Source: Ascoidea asiatica JCM 7603 (taxonomy: Eukaryota > Fungi > Ascomycota). Taken from it: a stretch of DNA of 64,000 nt. The position numbers were made by a program, and so were the translations under genes. Numbering within the stretch: the first letter of the stretch is position 1; every line of letters begins with the position of its first letter. A model generated the notes under the pieces. It was given only the letters and a program-made list of their open reading frames with translations, made no database searches and was not told the DNA's origin. The stretch is taken from the NCBI GenBank assembly GCA_001600695.1, contig BCKQ01000002.1, positions 641,184 through 705,183 of the forward strand. Direction: 5' to 3'. Of the stretch, positions 22,684 to 34,976 are shown piece after piece.

Positions 22684-24231
22684 TCATCGTTTCATTTTAT
22701 GTAATTGTTCATAATTCTCATTTAATAATAATTGATTTCTAGTAACATATGTGGTTTCTTTAATTTTTGTTGATTTACTCTTTTGTAAATCATTTACTTT
22801 ATTATTTAATGAAATTCCAAGTAAATTATCTTTACTATTTTTTCCAATTAATATATCCTTAGATTTATTATTATAATTCCCTCTTCTATTATTTATATTT
22901 GATAAATTATTCATTTCAATATCATTATTATTATTATTATATTGACTATTATTTTGATTATAACTTTGATTAGAATAATTAAAATCTTCATATTTATCAT
23001 TGTTTATATTTTGATTAAAATTTATATTATTATTTCCATTATATAAATTATAAGAATTATATGAATTATAAGGATTATTATTAGAATTATTCATATTATT
23101 TATTGGAGAATAAAATTGATCATTTAAATTTGAATTTAAATTTGAATTGAAATTTGCATTTTCATATCCATTATAAATTGCAGATGTTGAAGTAATTTGT
23201 GGTTCAAGTAAATTTTGATTATTATTTAATAATAAATTAACTTTACTATTATTTCTTGTACTATTTAAAGTTTCAATATCTGAAATATTATCAAATAATT
23301 TATTTTCTTTTATATTTTTATTAAAATTTATAATTGGTAATGTTGGATTCATACCTAATTTTGAATTTTCTAATTTAACTTGTTTCAAAGAATTATTATG
23401 AAAATTTCTTGATAATTGATTAACTTTATCATTAACATTAACACAAATAAATTGTTTTAAAGAATATGTTTTATTATTATCTTTAAAATTTTTTAAACCA
23501 TTTAAAACATAAAATAAATATAAAAAAAATGCTAATAAAAATTCAATTAAAAAAAATAACCAAATTATTATTGATATACACATTATTAATAATACAATAA
23601 TATATTTATCATTTGAATTTAAAGATAAATTAAAATTTGATGATATTAAAGTTTTAAATGAATTTATTATAGATTGACCATTATCATTTTTAATTATTGA
23701 AATTAATGTTAAAGTATTTATAATTTGTCTTGGAGTATCAGCAAAAATTAATTTTATTGAACCTTTAAATTTAAAAAAACAAAAAAAAGAAGATTTTTCA
23801 AAAAAACCATTTTTTGGATAAATTTCATTATAAACACAAAAATATTTATAAGATTTTATTGACCAAAGAAATCTTGAGATTGAATTAATATATGTTAAAG
23901 AAATATTTCTAGTGAAATAAATTTTTATACCTTTAAACCATTCAAAAATTAATAAAATTAAAGATAATAAAATACATGCAGAAAATAACCATCTTGATAT
24001 TGAAAATGGAATAACAGGTTGAATTTGATCATTTGTCCATTTATTAAAACCTAATAATTGAATACAAGTATAAATATCAGAAGCATATAAAATAATTTTT
24101 AATAAATAAAATAACCAACGACGTATTAAAGCAAAAATTGTTGAGAATTTATAATTTTTAAATTCATTTAAATCAATTACATCAAAAGTATTATCATCAA
24201 TTTTCCATTCCCATTTTTCTTTACCAAACAT
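22684..24231 (-). CDS. KCH1: Kch1/Prm6-family potassium transporter or regulator
   Basis: FDVIDLNEF, ASDIYTCIQLL.FNKW, ISRWLFSACI, IYFTRNISLTYIN and FADTPRQIIN motifs; Asn-rich tail. Confidence 0.88.
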   Translation of the reverse strand: MFGKEKWEWKIDDNTFDVIDLNEFKNYKFSTIFALIRRWLFYLLKIILYASDIYTCIQLLGFNKWTNDQIQPVIPFSISRWLFSACILLSLILLIFEWFKGIKIYFTRNISLTYINSISRFLWSIKSYKYFCVYNEIYPKNGFFEKSSFFCFFKFKGSIKLIFADTPRQIINTLTLISIIKNDNGQSIINSFKTLISSNFNLSLNSNDKYIIVLLIMCISIIIWLFFLIEFLLAFFLYLFYVLNGLKNFKDNNKTYSLKQFICVNVNDKVNQLSRNFHNNSLKQVKLENSKLGMNPTLPIINFNKNIKENKLFDNISDIETLNSTRNNSKVNLLLNNNQNLLEPQITSTSAIYNGYENANFNSNLNSNLNDQFYSPINNMNNSNNNPYNSYNSYNLYNGNNNINFNQNINNDKYEDFNYSNQSYNQNNSQYNNNNNDIEMNNLSNINNRRGNYNNKSKDILIGKNSKDNLLGISLNNKVNDLQKSKSTKIKETTYVTRNQLLLNENYEQLHKMKR

Positions 24232-25044
24232 TTTTAAAGATTATATTATTTATATTATTTATATTATTTATATTATTTATATTATTTATATAATTATCTG
24301 AATTTCATATAGTAACATTTTAGGATGAATATTAATATAAAATTAATACTAGATTAAAAAAGAGATTTGAATTTGGACTTATGAAAAGATTTGTAATAAA
24401 AATTGGAATTGAATTTGGAATTGAAATTTAGGTAGATGAGAATATTATCTCTTAAGTAGTTTAATTTTAGATTAGATTAGATTTATTGTTTTACAGGTTT
24501 TAATACAATATTTTGTTTTTTGAAATTTAAATCTCGTATTGTCTATTGCTTTGAAGAAAATTAAGTCTCTAGCTAGAATAATAAGATAATAAAATATGTT
24601 AATATGATAATAAAATGAATAGTTAGGAGATAGTTTATAAATCTGCTATATCAATAACATTTAACTGAGACAAATTTATCAATTGCATCAAAAACATCAA
24701 AACCATCAAAATCAGCAAACTGTCGAGTTTTTCATTCCCTGAAGGCTTATGAGATACAGAATCTCATTGGCATCAGAGAATGTTTAGAAACGTCACAGAA
24801 ATTAAAACAACCCAATTCAGAAATCATAAAACTAAAATTTCCTTAACCTTTACCATTAAATTGCCACAAGCCCCAATCTCGCGATTTAAGCTTTTCCCAA
24901 ACTCGAAAAAGGTCCCGCAAAAAAACTTACCAAAGTTACAGACACGTGCCTGTACATTGGTATACAGCATAAGGGACTAAAAACAATGGAAGCCCCGGTA
25001 ACAAAAAAGATAAAAATAGAATTTAAAATAAACAATAAAAAAGA

Positions 25045-25116
25045 AGCTCACTCCCAGGTTCGAACTAGGGACCAACAGATTTGCAATCTGCTGCGCTACC
25101 ACTGCGCCAAGTAAGC
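25045..25116 (-). tRNA. tRNA-Cys(GCA), no intron
   Basis: GCTTACT/AGTGAGC acceptor with U73; GCGC D stem; GCAGA-TTGCAAA-TCTGT anticodon arm; CCTAG-TTCGAAC-CTGGG T arm; T-run downstream. Confidence 0.97.
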
Positions 25117-25260
25117 ACGGGATTGATGTTTTTTTGCACCTTTCTAGTTTTGAAAGTAATAGCTTAAACTAACTCACGCCCCCACTAAGAACTTCCACAT
25201 TTGGCTTTTCAGTGGCTTCAATACGCCTCCTTCTCCGCCACGTGTCTCACTTTTTTATCT

Positions 25261-25337
25261 CGACTCAGGTGACTCAGTTGACTCACTCTGACTCACTCTG
25301 ACTCTGTCCGCACGTGCCCCTCCCTTCCCCTGACTCG
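25261..25337 (+). promoter_or_regulatory. Cluster of Gcn4/AP-1-type TGACTC(A) sites with CACGTG E-boxes upstream of PPS1
   Basis: TGACTCA at 25270, 25279 and 25289; TGACTC at 25299 and 25331; CACGTG at 25239 and 25311. Confidence 0.5.
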
Positions 25338-25931
25338 GTGCTGTCTTCCTGCGACTTTTCCAGTGTCTGACTTTTTTCACTCTCCACGCTTTTTTTCCTT
25401 ATCTCAAAATGCTCACATTTCTCATATTTCTCATATTTCTCACAATCTCAGATTCTGAGATCGCAAAACTCCATACAAAACTCCATACACTTGCAATAAT
25501 CTCCATTTCAATGAATATTTCCATTTCTATTCTCATATATTTCAAATTGTATTTTTTACCTTCTTTTAATTCGTGATGCTCCATTTCTAATATTATTTCC
25601 ATTAATATTTCCATTAATATTATTATTATTATTGTTTATTCTCATTCACATACATATTTTCATTGATATTTAATTATTAATTCTTTCTTTTCTTTTACTT
25701 TCTTTTAATTCAAATCCATTTCAAAAAATCATTTAATAATCATTTAATAATCATTTAATACAATAAATATATTATCTCATACTATCTGTTATTTCAACAA
25801 TACAGATTAAATTCATTACTCCATTACTTATTTACTAATTTACTAATTTACTAATTTACTAATTTACTAATTTACTATTTTCCATTTATCTCCAAATGTC
25901 TTTTTAATTAAAAAATTTTATTAATTAAATA

Positions 25932-28900
25932 ATGTTATCTCAAAATTCAACTTTAGAAAATATTTCATTTAATACAAGTAATGATTCAATTAATTCAAAT
26001 AATTTATTACCTTTAGATTTAAATTTATTAAAATTAAATTTCAATTCCATTTTAGATTCTGATTTAGATTTAGAAAAACAACAAGATCAAAAATTCAATT
26101 CAGAGTTACACTTAAACTTAGACTTAAACTTAGACTTAGACTTAGATTTAGATTTAGATTTAGATTTAGATCCACAGTCTGACTTACAAAATTCAAATTC
26201 AAATTCAAATTCAAATTCAATTATGCTTAATCCAATTAACCCAAATAATCTGAACTCTTCAAATAACTCAATAAACTTAATAAACTTATTCAATTCTTAT
26301 AATAATTCAAATATTTTATCAAATTTAAATATAAATTTAATATCTTCTCTTAATTTATCAAATAATATCTTAAATCATTTATCAAATAATTTACCTTTAA
26401 TAAATATTTTATTTCCTTGGTTACATAATTATGATATTTTATTACCTTATCCATCTAATTATATTCCATTTATATTTAATTCAAATATAAATATAAATAT
26501 AAATAATCAAAATTTCAATTATTTAACTTTAATCAACTCAGATTCAATTCAAAATTCAAATTCAAATTCAAATTCAAATTCAATTTCAAATTCAAATTCA
26601 AATTCAAATCAAATTAACTATTCAATTAAAAACTCTGTTTATCCATATCAATTCTTACAACCTTTATCTTATTTATATAATTCAAATAAAAAAAATTTAA
26701 AAAATTTAATATTATCTATATTAAATAATTTAAATTTAAATTTATCAATAATTAATAAAATTTTTAATTTAATTTATAATGATTGTTTAAATTTAAAATT
26801 ATTACCAATTTTTAATTATAATTCTTTTAAAAATAATAATATAAGAAATTTTGATATTCAAATTTTAAAATTTATTTTAATTTCAAATCATTCAATTATT
26901 TATTGTACAAATAATTATCATTTATTAAATAATAATTGTAATTGTAAATCAATTTCAAGATTATTATATTTAGCTGATTTAAATTATTTATTTTCTCATA
27001 ATTTATTATCAAAAAAATTTATATCAAAAGAATTTATATCAAATAATTTTCATTTAAATAGAAAAATCTCAATTTTATCTAATTTTGATATTAATATATT
27101 ATCAAACTTTATAAAATCAAAAAATATAAAAAATATAAAAGATTGTGAAAATTGTGAAAATTGTGAAAATTGTGAAAATTTTGAGATTTTAGAAAATTTA
27201 GAAATTTATAATATTTCAAAGGCTTCAAAAATCTCTAATAATATTTACTTTGGTAATATTAATGATCTACATAATAATAATAATAATAACAATAACAATA
27301 ACAATAACAATAACAATAACAATAACAATAATAATAATGATTTGAAATCAAATATACCTAAAGATTATTTAAATTATTTAAATAAATTAGATGAAAATGG
27401 TACTATTATTCCAATAAATTCAGATCCAAGAAATTCAAGTTTATTATTTCATAATGATAACAATAATAATAATAATAAAATAGATTGGAATTTTTTAATT
27501 TATTGTCATTGTACAAATGAATTTCCTTCTTTAAATACTTTAAAAAAAATTCATTCAATTTTATCAGAATATAAAAAAATTTCAAATTATTCAAATTATT
27601 CAAATTATTCAAATTATTCAATTGAAAAAATTAATTTAGAATTTCCTTCAATAATTAGTGGATTAGGTGATTTAACTTTAAATAATTTATTATCAATTTT
27701 AAATTTATGTAAAATTATATATTATAATTCAAAAAATGAAAATTTAAAAATTTTAATTTATTCAAATGATGGTTATACACAATCAACATTATTTCAAATT
27801 TTATATTTAATTTATTCAACAAATATTAATTTATCAGATATTTTAATTAAATTTCAAATATTTTATGCAAGACCAATATATTTATCAAATAATAATATTA
27901 GATTTTTAATTTCTTTTGAAAAAATTTTATTATTATTTTCACCAAAAAATTTAAATTTAAAAACTTATTTAAATAATGAAGAATTTATTGAATTAAATGA
28001 TGATATTAAAATTTTAATAAATTCATTATTATTATCTTCAAATGATAATAAAAATAATAATAAAAATAATAATAATTATTCAAATTTAGTTTCAGATTCA
28101 AATAAAAATCATTTAATTACAAAAAAAATATTTTTAAAATTAAATCCAACATCAGAATCATCATCATCATCATCATCATCATGTTTTCCATCAATAATTT
28201 TACCACATTTATTTTTAGGAACAATTGATCATGCAAATAATTTAGATTTATTAAAATTTTATAAAATTAATAAAATTATTTCAATTGGAGAATTACCAAT
28301 TGATTGGATAAATAAAATTGATTTAAAATATTATAAAATTGAAATAATTTCAAATATTTGTCAAAAAATTAAATTTTTTAAAAATAATTTTTTAATTAAA
28401 GAATTATTATTTGTTAATATTCAAGATAATGGAATTGAATTTTTTTCAAATTCATTAGATTTAATTTTAAATTTCATTGGTGATTTAAATGATAATAATA
28501 ATAATAATAATAATTTTTTAACAAAAGTTTTAGTTCATTGTCATGTTGGAGTTTCAAGATCTGCAACAATTTGTATTGCAGAAGTTATGAAAAGATTAAA
28601 TATTTCTATTGAAATGGCATATTTATATGTTAGAGTTAGAAGATTAAGTGTTTTACTTTATCCAAATTTAAAATTTTGTTATGAATTATTTAAATGGAAA
28701 GAAGAAAAAATAATTGAAGAATTTAAGAAAAATAATAAGTTAATTATTATTAATAATAATAATAATAATGAAAAATATATTAAAACTCGTGAAAAATCAA
28801 ATTCAGAATCTTCAGTATTATCAATTGAAAGTTCAATGAAAGAAATTGAAGATGAAAATAATTTCAAATATACTATTTCTGAGAATATTAATAATAATTC

Positions 28901-28997
28901 AGAAGAATCTATAATCTTAAATAAACCAAAATTAAGAAATATTGATTGGCATATATTTTGTCAACAAATTCATGAATTAAACAAAAAATACCTATAA
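25932..28997 (+). CDS. PPS1: Dual-specificity protein phosphatase Pps1
   Basis: LFPWLH and IRNFDIQ N-terminal motifs; degenerate first DSP domain (ILIYSNDGYTQS); active site VLVHCHVGVSRSAT; YLYVRVRRL; terminal IDWHIFCQQIHELN. Confidence 0.92.
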   Translation: MLSQNSTLENISFNTSNDSINSNNLLPLDLNLLKLNFNSILDSDLDLEKQQDQKFNSELHLNLDLNLDLDLDLDLDLDLDPQSDLQNSNSNSNSNSIMLNPINPNNLNSSNNSINLINLFNSYNNSNILSNLNINLISSLNLSNNILNHLSNNLPLINILFPWLHNYDILLPYPSNYIPFIFNSNINININNQNFNYLTLINSDSIQNSNSNSNSNSISNSNSNSNQINYSIKNSVYPYQFLQPLSYLYNSNKKNLKNLILSILNNLNLNLSIINKIFNLIYNDCLNLKLLPIFNYNSFKNNNIRNFDIQILKFILISNHSIIYCTNNYHLLNNNCNCKSISRLLYLADLNYLFSHNLLSKKFISKEFISNNFHLNRKISILSNFDINILSNFIKSKNIKNIKDCENCENCENCENFEILENLEIYNISKASKISNNIYFGNINDLHNNNNNNNNNNNNNNNNNNNNNNDLKSNIPKDYLNYLNKLDENGTIIPINSDPRNSSLLFHNDNNNNNNKIDWNFLIYCHCTNEFPSLNTLKKIHSILSEYKKISNYSNYSNYSNYSIEKINLEFPSIISGLGDLTLNNLLSILNLCKIIYYNSKNENLKILIYSNDGYTQSTLFQILYLIYSTNINLSDILIKFQIFYARPIYLSNNNIRFLISFEKILLLFSPKNLNLKTYLNNEEFIELNDDIKILINSLLLSSNDNKNNNKNNNNYSNLVSDSNKNHLITKKIFLKLNPTSESSSSSSSSCFPSIILPHLFLGTIDHANNLDLLKFYKINKIISIGELPIDWINKIDLKYYKIEIISNICQKIKFFKNNFLIKELLFVNIQDNGIEFFSNSLDLILNFIGDLNDNNNNNNNFLTKVLVHCHVGVSRSATICIAEVMKRLNISIEMAYLYVRVRRLSVLLYPNLKFCYELFKWKEEKIIEEFKKNNKLIIINNNNNNEKYIKTREKSNSESSVLSIESSMKEIEDENNFKYTISENINNNSEESIILNKPKLRNIDWHIFCQQIHELNKKYL

Positions 28998-29387
28998 CAA
29001 ATACTTATAACAAAGACTTATAATATAATAATCCTTCATCCAATTTGTCTTATGTATTATCTTTCTCATTATTCTAGAATCATTTATTATACTTTATTTA
29101 TCTTCAATCATTTCTATATTATTTCCAATCTATGATCTCTGTATATTATCTCAGATTATTGTATTATTGGAATCTCTTCTGTATTTTAATCATTCAATTC
29201 TTACAGCTTTTTGTATCTTTTTTTTTATACAAATTTAATTCACAAATAAAAAGGGGAGTACCGTATATTTTATTTTACTTCCACTGAGGAATCTACTTGA
29301 GAAGAAATAATTATGCAATTTTGATTTGTATATTCTTAGTTGATTAATTCAATTTTAATTCAATTTTAAATCAATTTTATAAACAAT

Positions 29388-31742
29388 TCACCAAACCTGA
29401 AGTTCCTCAAATAAAGAAATACTATTCTCACAAGTTGGTATATTTTCAGCAACAATATCTCTTATACTATCACACATTGTATCTGATCCACAACTTACAA
29501 CGCATATTGAACCTTTACTATTATTAAAATCTTCTTTTAAAAGTTTTTCAAAATTTGGTCTTCCAAAATAATGTAAATAAGTGAATTTATTTAAATTTTC
29601 TTTCATTTCTTTTATTGTTAATTCATTTACTGGTTTCATATTTATTTGTTCTTTTTTTTTCATTAACTTTGAAGTTAATTTAAAAAATCCAAGTGTAGAT
29701 GATGAAATCATTTCATTTTCATTTTCATTTTCATTTTCATTTTCATTTTCATTTTCATCATTATTCATATTTGTATACTGAATATTTAAATAATTATCAT
29801 TATATACATTTAAACATTCTGTTTCTATAAGATTAAAATTATTATTTAAAATTCTTGTAAAATAAATATTAATATCAATTAATTTTTCATTATTAAATTT
29901 ATTTTTATATTCCATTAATTTTAATAATTCTAAATAAATAAATTTTATTGATTCAAAATCTTTTATAACCCAATTTAATTTTATATATCTTTTAATTTTA
30001 AAATTATCATTTTTAATTATATTTATAATATCATATAAAGGTCCTGGAATACCATTACCACCAACTATAAAAATTATATTTTTAAATTTATTAAAATTTA
30101 TATTATGACCATATGGACCTTCAATTGCAATTTTAATATTTAAAGATTTATTTTTTTCAAATTTTAATAAATTTCCAAGTTTAAATGTTATACCTTTTTT
30201 AATTTTAATAAATAAAGTTAATTCATTTTCATTTAAAATTGAATCAATTATTGAAAATGGATGTGATTGAAAAAAATATTTATAATTTAAAAAATAAATA
30301 AAAATATAACAACCTGGAAATGGTTTCCAATTTTTTTTTCTTGGAATTATAATTTTAAAAGTTTCATTTGATAAATAAATTAAATTACAATTTCTTAAAC
30401 CAAATTTTAAAATATTTTTAATTCTTATAATTTTATCAATTAACCAAAATATTAAAGAAATATAAATATATCCATACCAACCAATTTTTTTACAATGTAA
30501 ATATAAAAATATAAAAAAATTTAAAAATAAAAAAATATGTCCATATAAAAAAATTTCATAATAATTTTTTCTTAAATAATAAGTTGATTGAATTAAAATA
30601 ATTAAACAAATTATAGATGAAATAATTCCAAAATAAAAATAATCTTTTTTAAAAAAATTTAAAAATTTATTAGATTTTAAAACATTTAAAATATAAAAAA
30701 TTCCATGAATTGTAGAATTTAAAAACATTATTCTTGAAATATATTTATGATAAATAATTAATGTTGAATAAGATAATTTAGTTAAATAAATTAATAAATT
30801 ATTTCTACCTGAAAATATTATTATTAAAGGTAAATTAGAAAATGATAAAATTCCACATCTATCTGCAATTAATCTTGTAATTTGATTAAATTTATAACCT
30901 AATATAAAACTTTTTGGAGTTTGAATTTTATAATTATAAAATATTAAAAAAAAATTTAAGATTATATAAAATAATAAAATTAAAAATTCTAATTTTGTTG
31001 GAATTAAAATTAATGAAAATATTTTAATTAAAAAAAATTTTGAATTTTTAAATAATTTAAATTCATATGGTTTTAAATGAAATTTATTTTTAAATAAAGA
31101 TTTTATAAATAAAGATTTTATAAATAAATTTGATTTAAATTTTAAATTTATTAAAGAAATTAAATTATTTTTAATAAAAAAAAAAATTAAAATTAAAATC
31201 CAATAAATTAATAATAATTGACCAAATAATTGACTTTGATCAAGATTATAATAAAAACTATGTAAATTATTATAATAATTTATAACTAATGAATAATTTA
31301 AATAAATTGGATTATAAAATTTTTTCTCAAATTTTTTATTATTATTTAAAATTGGATTTATAAAATAATTATTTTTAGTTGCATTTAAATAAATATTTAA
31401 CATATTTGAAATTGATAAATTTCTTTTACCATAAATTTCACAATTTAATTTATATTGATTTAATGAATTTAAAAAATCATTTGAATTAAATTTATTTAAA
31501 TTTAATAAAGTTTCATTTATACAATTTATACTTGAAGCAATTTTTGGAGGATAATAACATGTACAACCCCAGAACCAATCATTTGAACAAGCAAAATTAT
31601 AATTTAATAAAGTATATTGACATGAAAATACAATATTTTTATATTCATCATCGAAATATTGATAAGAATTTATAAATTTTAATTGAGATATAAGAAATAA
31701 GATAAATATATGAAATTTATTATTAAATTTAAATATAAGCAT
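29388..31742 (-). CDS. Ferric/cupric reductase (FRE family); first ATG at 31742
   Basis: Signal peptide and Cys-rich ectodomain; ADRCG; FSGRNN; heme His pairs (YHKYISR...HG; HI...LH); FAD motif QSHPFS; EGPYG; GGNGIPG; CGSDTMCD; terminal EELQVW. Confidence 0.95.
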   Translation of the reverse strand: MLIFKFNNKFHIFILFLISQLKFINSYQYFDDEYKNIVFSCQYTLLNYNFACSNDWFWGCTCYYPPKIASSINCINETLLNLNKFNSNDFLNSLNQYKLNCEIYGKRNLSISNMLNIYLNATKNNYFINPILNNNKKFEKKFYNPIYLNYSLVINYYNNLHSFYYNLDQSQLFGQLLLIYWILILIFFFIKNNLISLINLKFKSNLFIKSLFIKSLFKNKFHLKPYEFKLFKNSKFFLIKIFSLILIPTKLEFLILLFYIILNFFLIFYNYKIQTPKSFILGYKFNQITRLIADRCGILSFSNLPLIIIFSGRNNLLIYLTKLSYSTLIIYHKYISRIMFLNSTIHGIFYILNVLKSNKFLNFFKKDYFYFGIISSIICLIILIQSTYYLRKNYYEIFLYGHIFLFLNFFIFLYLHCKKIGWYGYIYISLIFWLIDKIIRIKNILKFGLRNCNLIYLSNETFKIIIPRKKNWKPFPGCYIFIYFLNYKYFFQSHPFSIIDSILNENELTLFIKIKKGITFKLGNLLKFEKNKSLNIKIAIEGPYGHNINFNKFKNIIFIVGGNGIPGPLYDIINIIKNDNFKIKRYIKLNWVIKDFESIKFIYLELLKLMEYKNKFNNEKLIDINIYFTRILNNNFNLIETECLNVYNDNYLNIQYTNMNNDENENENENENENENEMISSSTLGFFKLTSKLMKKKEQINMKPVNELTIKEMKENLNKFTYLHYFGRPNFEKLLKEDFNNSKGSICVVSCGSDTMCDSIRDIVAENIPTCENSISLFEELQVW

Positions 31743-32008
31743 TATTATCAAGTTATATTAAAATGATGATTATTAAAGTAAATGAATAATGAATTATCTT
31801 ATTTTATCTTATTTTATCTTATTTTATCTTATTTTATTATATGAAATGAATTTTATTAAATAAGAAAAGAAAGAAAACTTGAATTTATATATTTTTTACA
31901 TTAAAACATTTGAGAAATTGAGAAATTGAGAAATTGAGAAATAGGTGGCAAAGAGAATTATCACGTTAATATTTATCTAAATAAATGAGAGTAAATTTAT
32001 TGAAATGA

Positions 32009-32017
32009 ATCTGATAA
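32009..32017 (+). promoter_or_regulatory. Iron-responsive GATA repressor site ATCTGATAA (Sfu1/Fep1/SreA consensus) upstream of FRE
   Basis: Exact ATCWGATAA match about 270 bp upstream of the FRE ATG, with further WGATAA copies nearby. Confidence 0.55.
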
Positions 32018-32728
32018 TTGATTGTCTCATATGAAGTGATTGCAATTCACAGATTGTAATAATACACCTTTATTTTTAACCTAAAACTCATTCCCTTTAA
32101 AAATTGTTATCTTTTTGATCAACGAACTTTATTGTCACTGGCACAACCGGAGTTAGTGTCCAATGAGGAATATCACACCGCCACAAGTGTCTGGGACTAA
32201 CACCCGATTCGGCACTTCGACAATTGCCACCCCCTGTTTACACAAGCAGAAAGCTGTGGACAGCTCAAAAGGGTAATCAGTTAACATCCTATGCAAAGTC
32301 ACCTGACTAGAGCACCCACAACCATGGCCTCCAATAAACTCCCGAAAACGAGACCATTTCTGCGGGTCTTCTCTTTTTTTCACCAACTTCCCCAGATTCT
32401 GCTGCTTCTGCTGCTTTTGCTGCTTTTGCTTCTTCTTCTTCTTCTTCTTCTTCTTTCTGTTTGTGCTCATATCACACAAAACATCTGGAGTCAAAGCACT
32501 CATTGAAATCTAAAAAGTGCTGGAAATTTTATATTCTATAAAAGAGCTTTGCTATTCTTTTATTCATTTCACTTCATAAATATCTAACTTATAATCAATT
32601 ACAAAAATAATAATAAAATAATAATAAAATAATAATAAAATATCCAATAATAAAATATCAAATATAAAATAATAAAAATACAAATACAATAAAATATAAT
32701 AAAATATAATAAAATAAAATATTTAAAA

Positions 32729-32962
32729 ATGAATTCTCAAGAAAATTCAAAAGAAAATTCAGAAGAAAATGTTGAATTTTTAAAAAATGTTGAAAATTTT
32801 AATGAAAATCCAAATCAATTAAATAATTCAAATAATTTAAATAATTTAAATAAAAATCAAAAATTATTTAATAATGATGATATTGATAATTATAATCTTA
32901 CTAATGATCAAATTATGGAATTTTATAATAATAGATATAATAATAATAATATTAATAATTGA
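32729..32962 (+). CDS. Candidate 77-aa acidic Asn-rich microprotein
   Basis: TATAAAAG at 32537; AAAAATG start context; A/T-ending codons; stop 25 bp from the convergent PRP19 stop. Confidence 0.5.
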   Translation: MNSQENSKENSEENVEFLKNVENFNENPNQLNNSNNLNNLNKNQKLFNNDDIDNYNLTNDQIMEFYNNRYNNNNINN

Positions 32963-32987
32963 TTTATTATATATTTTAATTATTTAA

Positions 32988-33827
32988 TTATTCTTTATCA
33001 ATTTTAAATTTAAAAATATTTGAATTTTCAAATAAAATTATAAATTCATTCATTTCTTCAATTAAATATAAATTAATAATTTTATTTTTTATTTCCATTT
33101 TATTCAAATTATTAATAATTTTATTATTTAATTCTTTACTTAATTTATTATCAATAATCCATTTTTTTTCTTTTTTAATATATTTATAAATTATAATAAA
33201 ATTATTATTATTCGATTTTTCTAATTCTTTTAAAATTATTAAAAATTGATTATATTTATCAACTTTAAAATTAATCACTTTACCACTAAACTCATTTGAT
33301 TCATTTGATTCACTCTTGATTTTATTTTCAATCTCAAAAATCTTTATATTTTTTCTTAAATCAAATAAACTTATATTATTTAATGAATCTAAAACAAATA
33401 ACCAATATCCATTTGAAATGAATGAAATTTTTAAAATTTCTAAAGTTTTTTCATTTTTATCATTTTTATCATTTTTATCATTAATTTTAAATTCTCCAAC
33501 TTTTTTACCACTTTTTATTTCTATAATTATAATTTTTCCATTATTTGTACCAAAACCAATTAATAATCCATCAATATGAATATCAAAACAATTAATTTTA
33601 TAATTTTCATTAATTAAATTTGTATATTTTATAATCTCACCATTATTTTCATTACTTGAATCATATATAATCCAAGAATTATTAAAAAATAAAATTATAA
33701 ATAAATTATCAATTAATGGAATACTTTTTATCATTATTATTTTTTCTTTAAAAATTTCTTTTTTTAAATATCTTGAATCTAATCCAATTGTAATAGAATT
33801 ATCAAAAAATGATAATAATGGTTGATA

Positions 33828-33861
<34 letters not shown>

Positions 33862-34006
33862 GCATTATTAATATTTTTAATATCAAATTCATTAATATTT
33901 ATCCAATTTATATCATTTATCTCAAATGGAGTCTTTTTTGTATTTAAATTCAATTTTTTTTTCTCAATTTGAAAATTTTCATTGATATTTGTATCATTAT
34001 CATTGA

Positions 34007-34058
<52 letters not shown>

Positions 34059-34976
34059 ATTTAAAATATTTAATTTATTTGTTGAATCTAAAATTAATAA
34101 AGAATTATTTTTAATTAAATTACTTGATTTAATAATTTTAAAATTAAAATCATTTATTTTACAAAATTTGAAATTTAATTTTAATTTATCTTTTTGAATA
34201 TTAATTAAAGATTTAAATAATTTTGAATTTTTTTTATGAGTTTCAAATAATTTCTCATTTATTAATGAAAATATTTCAATCCAATATTCATCTAAAGTTT
34301 TTAATGATTTATTTTCACTTTCATTTTCAATTTCATTTTCATTTTCTTCATTGTTTTGTTCTTCTTCTTTTACTTCTTTGAAAGATTCTTCTTGAACTTC
34401 TTCCATAATTACATCATTTATATTCTCATTTTCTTTATTATTTTCTTGTATTATTTCATTTTCATTATTATCTATATCATTTTTAATTTTATTTTCTAAT
34501 TCTGAATCTAATTCTATATTTATTTCATTATTATTAATATTATTATTATTAATATTAATAATATTTAATAATTTTTCTTTATAATAATCTTTTTCTTTTT
34601 TATATTTTGCAATTACTCTTAAACTTGCATCATAATGATATAAACTACTACTTAATTGTTTTTTTAAAAAATCTAATTGTTTTTTTAATTTAAAATTTTC
34701 TAAAATTATTGAATCATATTCATCTTGTAAACTTGATAAAATATTTGGAATTGAATTAAATATTGGTGGTTTTGGTATAATTATTTGAATATTATCTTTA
34801 AAATTTTCATTATTTTTAATTTCAATTAAATCTTTCAAACTTGATTCTTCATTTGTTATTGGATCTTTACCATTCTGTTCAATATATGTTTCAATAAGAT
34901 TTTTTTCAAAAATTAAATTTGATTTCAATGAAAATACTGGATGTCTTGGAATATCTCCAGAAATAGCACAATTCAT
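32988..34976 (-). CDS. PRP19: Pre-mRNA splicing factor Prp19 (U-box, coiled coil, WD40); true start at 34976
   Basis: MNCAISGDIPRHPV..FEK.LIE.YI...GKDPIT U-box; SIPNILSSLQDEYDSIILENF coiled coil; HIDGLL and NGYWL WD40 motifs. Confidence 0.93.
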
